64,000 bases of DNA, from positions 32,001 to 96,000 of the forward strand of contig CAVYSE010000017.1 in the NCBI GenBank assembly GCA_963771075.1, written 5' to 3'. The translations under genes and the position numbers were made by a program. The stretch's first letter is position 1, and each line of letters opens with the position of its first letter. The notes under the pieces are model-generated. The model ran no database searches and was not told where the DNA came from. It was given only the letters and a program-made list of their open reading frames with translations. This document shows, in pieces, positions 59,278-64,000 of this stretch. The DNA is from a candidate division FCPU426 bacterium. Its GTDB lineage: Bacteria > Oederibacteriota > Muellerivitia > Muellerivitales > Muellerivitaceae.

Positions 59278-60990
59278 TCACTCGTCAATTTCCAAGTCAA
59301 AAATAAGTTCCTTAAGCGCACTCCTATTGACCCAATCCTTGACATATTTCGGGTAGAAGGGACTGCGAACCTTGTAAAGCCCCCATTGGGGCGGATTAGC
59401 GCCGCTATATCCATTCAAGGTTGGAATTCCCCGTACCGCTGATATCAGCATTGCGTCGATTTGAACGTCCGTGGCGGAAAGCGGACCGCCGTAAGATCCT
59501 GTCATAAGGCCCGGTTTGACGGTCACGTAAAATGGGCCCGCGTTCGAAGGAAGTTTTTCACTCAACCGCTCCAAGCGGGCCAATTCCGAATGCTTGGAGA
59601 AACCGGGCGTGGGCGGAAAAGCCGTTTGCTCATACAGAACACAAAGTGCAAAAAAAACAACCAGTCCTTTCCCAATCCACTGAATTTTTAACTCTTTGAT
59701 AAATCCCATCTTTCCCCAGGACCAATCCATAAAAGCGGAGAAAAGTATCGACAGGGGCAAGGCCAAGACCACGGACCAACGGCCCAGCGCCCTTACCGCT
59801 GAAGCCCCCGGCACATATTCGTAAATCCATTTCCAGGGGGAAAACCCATCGTAGTCGAAAGCCAGCAAACAAAAAATAGCTGTGCCAAAAAAGGCCGCGG
59901 CTCCGATAGAATACCGCGGTGCTTTGTCCGATTCCCAATCCATCCATTGTTTTTTAAATAGCATCCCCGTCATTGCGAAGAAAGCTACCACTACAAGAAG
60001 GCTTAAAGCCAGGCCAAAACCCATGCGCATTTCACCTTCCACAGGCAGTAATTGGAGTGCGGGTATCCGGTCCCAAAGCCATCCCCACCAGGCGTGGCGG
60101 GGCCCCATCCAAAGATAGGTCCAAAGATTCGGCGTCATCATTTGAACTTCGGTATAGGGTTTTCCCCCGACCATTAAATAGGCCGGACCATAAATGACCC
60201 CAAAGGGGATCAATCCCAAAATTGTCATCCCCATCGCCCAAAGAAGAGGACCACGCTTTCGATTCCACACTCCACAAATAAAGGTGCGGATGTTTGAAAA
60301 ACACAGGCTTAACCCCAGGCAAAGGATGGACCAAAAAAGGAATAACCACCCCGGATAAAACGCCGTGAGCAGCTGAAAAGAAAAGATCCACCCCGCCGTG
60401 GAAATCCTGAGAAAAAACCGTCGATTGGAAAGGCTTTCCATTTCCCTCAAGGTCGAGGCCAGGATCCAAAGGATCAGGGGCAATCCGCATAAAAATTGCA
60501 ACTGTGTGTGGCTCCATTGGTTGAACTTTGGCGCGTTGAAAGCAAAGACAAAGGCGCCCAAGGCGGAAGAAAAGCGAGAAAACCTGAATCCCAGGCGGAG
60601 CATCAGATAGGCGAAAATATAATTTAGTGCATTGAAAAACAGGACCCACCACTGGAACGCGGTGAAGGGATCCTCTCCTAAAGCCCGAAGCAGGTGGTAA
60701 CCGAGGGCGTGGGCCAGGTACGCATCCGAATAACCAAGGACATCCCGAGCGGGAAAATAATAAGCCGGAGACAAAACGGATCCCATTCCCAGAAGGGCCT
60801 GATGCCAATATTCCAACTGGGCCGTCACCATACGGTTATCACCCCGGCCGCCGGGCACCAGCTCAAAACCCGTCTGGAACTCGCAGGCGTGGAATTGGAA
60901 AAGGCCCCATAGGCCCAACATGACGGCAAATGCCAAGCCCAACACTGTCACTAGTCGGCTTGAGGGAAAGCGGGCGGGGCTTGGGTTCAT
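59278..60990 (-). CDS. Polytopic membrane protein (YfhO/GT-C-like)
   Basis: YYFP..LGYSD, many TM helices, VPG..VRALGR, PTLNGYSG. Confidence 0.65.
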   Translation of the reverse strand: MNPSPARFPSSRLVTVLGLAFAVMLGLWGLFQFHACEFQTGFELVPGGRGDNRMVTAQLEYWHQALLGMGSVLSPAYYFPARDVLGYSDAYLAHALGYHLLRALGEDPFTAFQWWVLFFNALNYIFAYLMLRLGFRFSRFSSALGAFVFAFNAPKFNQWSHTQLQFLCGLPLILWILASTLREMESLSNRRFFLRISTAGWIFSFQLLTAFYPGWLFLFWSILCLGLSLCFSNIRTFICGVWNRKRGPLLWAMGMTILGLIPFGVIYGPAYLMVGGKPYTEVQMMTPNLWTYLWMGPRHAWWGWLWDRIPALQLLPVEGEMRMGFGLALSLLVVVAFFAMTGMLFKKQWMDWESDKAPRYSIGAAAFFGTAIFCLLAFDYDGFSPWKWIYEYVPGASAVRALGRWSVVLALPLSILFSAFMDWSWGKMGFIKELKIQWIGKGLVVFFALCVLYEQTAFPPTPGFSKHSELARLERLSEKLPSNAGPFYVTVKPGLMTGSYGGPLSATDVQIDAMLISAVRGIPTLNGYSGANPPQWGLYKVRSPFYPKYVKDWVNRSALKELIFDLEIDE

Positions 60991-61074
60991 TCCAACTCCT
61001 GAAATAAAAAAGGGGCAAGCCCTTTCGGGCCCGCCCCTGATTTTACACTTTTTAATAGGGTTGGGATGGTTCTC

Positions 61075-62364
<1,290 letters not shown>

Positions 62365-62370
62365 TCAGTT

Positions 62371-62407
62371 AAAAAAATTCCAGCCTCCCGAAAAACCGGG
62401 AGGCTGG
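62371..62407 (-). terminator. Terminator-like hairpin after metK
   Basis: CCAGCCTCCCG/CGGGAGGCTGG stem followed by a T tract on the minus strand. Confidence 0.65.
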
Positions 62408-62418
62408 TTTAAAGCTTC

Positions 62419-63588
62419 CTACTTCAGGCCCGCAGCCTTCCGAAGGGCTGCAGCTTTGTCCGTTTTCTCCCAGGTGAAATCCTTGTCATTGCGGCCAAAG
62501 TGGCCGTATGCCGAGGTCTTCTGGAAAATCGGCCTGCGCAACTTGAGCGCCTGCATGATTCCTCGGGGTTTCAGGTCGAACACCTTTCGGACCAGTTGTG
62601 TGATCTTCTCCTCGGGCAATTTGCCAGTTCCAAAGGTTTCAACCAATACGGAAGTGGGTTCCGCCACGCCGATGGCGTAGGAGATCTGGACTTCGCACTT
62701 GTCGGCCAGCCCGGCTGCCACGATGTTCTTTGCTACCCAGCGGGCCGCGTAAGCCGCCGAACGGTCTACTTTGGAAGGATCCTTGCCCGAGAAGGCGCCG
62801 CCGCCGTGACGGCCATAGCCTCCATAGGTATCAACGATGATCTTGCGGCCAGTAAGGCCGGTGTCGCCCAGGGGCCCGCCGATCTCGAATCGTCCGGTGG
62901 GATTTACGAAGATCTTGGTCTTGGAATCGATCATGTGGGACGGGATCACCGGCTTGATGACATGGGCGATCACTTCCTTTCGGAGCTTGGCCTGGGAAAC
63001 GGGCGCGTGCTGGGTAGAAACCACCACCGCGTCCACCCGGGCCGGCTTGCCGCCGATATATTCGACCGAAACTTGGCTCTTGCCGTCTGGACGGAGATAC
63101 TTGATTTTTCCGCTCTTGCGGACCGCGGTGAGTTTTTCCACCAACCGATGGGCAAGCATGATGGGCAGGGGCATCAATTCGGGGGTTTCGCGACAGGCGA
63201 ACCCGAACATCATGCCCTGGTCGCCGGCTCCGCCCGTGTCCACGCCCATGGCGATATCCGGGGATTGGCGATTGATGGCCACTGAAACTCCAGCTGTGTC
63301 GGCGTCCAGCCCCGCCTTGGCGTCCACGTAGCCGATGCGGCGAATGGTTTGACGGATCACCTGCGGCCAGTTGACTGAGGCTTTGGTGGTGATTTCGCCC
63401 GCCACGACCACCCAGTTGCAGGTCAGGAGGGTCTCGCAAGCCACTCGACTAAAGGGGTCCTGTTCCAGACAAGCATCCAAGATGGCGTCCGAGATGGCGT
63501 CCGCGACCTTGTCCGGATGCCCTTCGGTGACCGATTCGGAAGTGAAAAAAAACTTTTCTTTGCCTAGTGGGGAAAGCGCGGTCTTCAT
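62419..63588 (-). CDS. metK: S-adenosylmethionine synthetase
   Basis: [34 protein letters not shown]. Confidence 0.98.
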   Translation of the reverse strand: MKTALSPLGKEKFFFTSESVTEGHPDKVADAISDAILDACLEQDPFSRVACETLLTCNWVVVAGEITTKASVNWPQVIRQTIRRIGYVDAKAGLDADTAGVSVAINRQSPDIAMGVDTGGAGDQGMMFGFACRETPELMPLPIMLAHRLVEKLTAVRKSGKIKYLRPDGKSQVSVEYIGGKPARVDAVVVSTQHAPVSQAKLRKEVIAHVIKPVIPSHMIDSKTKIFVNPTGRFEIGGPLGDTGLTGRKIIVDTYGGYGRHGGGAFSGKDPSKVDRSAAYAARWVAKNIVAAGLADKCEVQISYAIGVAEPTSVLVETFGTGKLPEEKITQLVRKVFDLKPRGIMQALKLRRPIFQKTSAYGHFGRNDKDFTWEKTDKAAALRKAAGLK

Positions 63589-63690
63589 GAAACCATTCTC
63601 CTTCGAATTAAAATGATCGGCCAAGCGTCAAACTCATGGAAGCGTGGGGAGGTGTGGTCAAGGCCGGATTAGCTTTTAGTCCCAACCCGT

Positions 63691-63726
63691 AAAAACAAAG
63701 CCCTTGTTCCAACCGGAACAAGGGCT
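63691..63726 (-). terminator. Rho-independent terminator after the ABC permease
   Basis: AGCCCTTGTTCC/GGAACAAGGGCT stem plus TTGTTTTT. Confidence 0.75.
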
Positions 63727-63744
63727 CGTGAATATCGTATGCGT

Positions 63745-64000
63745 TTACTTCAGGCCCGTGGTGGCGATACCCTGAATAAAATAACGTTGTCCCACCAGGA
63801 AAATCAACGCGATTGGGATGGAGATCAAAAGGGATGCCGCCATCAACAGGTGGTAATCCTGCCCATACAGTGAAATGAAATTCGTCAAACCCAAGGCCAG
63901 GGTCTTTTTGCTGTTGGAGTCCAAGTAGATCAAAGGATTCATGAAGTCGTTCCAGTTATAGACGAAGGAAAAAACCGCCACCGTCGTCAGGGCAGGCTTA
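63745..64000 (-). CDS. Carbohydrate ABC transporter permease (MalG-like), 5' part outside window
   Basis: WNDFMNPLIYL, LMAAS, QRYFIQGI. Confidence 0.88.
   Translation of the reverse strand, partial: KPALTTVAVFSFVYNWNDFMNPLIYLDSNSKKTLALGLTNFISLYGQDYHLLMAASLLISIPIALIFLVGQRYFIQGIATTGLK

Noticed and set aside
63589..63690. SAM riboswitch upstream of metK
   Set aside because: No SAM-I, SAM-II or SAM-SAH consensus recognisable by eye; an Rfam cmscan would be needed to exclude it

Overview
Chromosomal segment of a diderm (LPS-making) bacterium, with most genes on the minus strand. The left part (1-12.9 kb) is housekeeping: hisF(partial)-hisA-hisH-hisB-hisC-hisD-murA, RNase P RNA, RNase HI, an EAL protein, kdsA-pyrG and an RfaE2-KdsB fusion, interspersed with a family of intergenic inverted-repeat elements. 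The centre (about 18.3-43.1 kb) is a self-contained extracellular electron transfer / respiratory locus with 28 CxxCH motifs counted by eye. It contains an MtrA/DmsE-type decaheme plus MtrB/PioB-type porin with no MtrC (a heme-less Thr/Pro-rich lipoprotein follows instead), two diverged copies of a [monoheme c, tetraheme c, NrfC-like, NrfD-like] module, a NapC/NirT tetraheme, and a Rieske plus cytochrome b-diheme c fusion. It also carries four paralogous monoheme cytochromes, tatA, system II heme c maturation genes and a PhnD-like/kinase/NarL-type regulator. Four transcription units in this locus share an identically spaced operator and promoter architecture. The right part (43.5-64 kb) holds ADP-heptose/LPS genes, msbA, membrane proteins, ahcY, metK and a partial ABC permease. 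Three single-base frameshifts are probably sequencing errors. All calls come from motif recognition only; no database searches were run.
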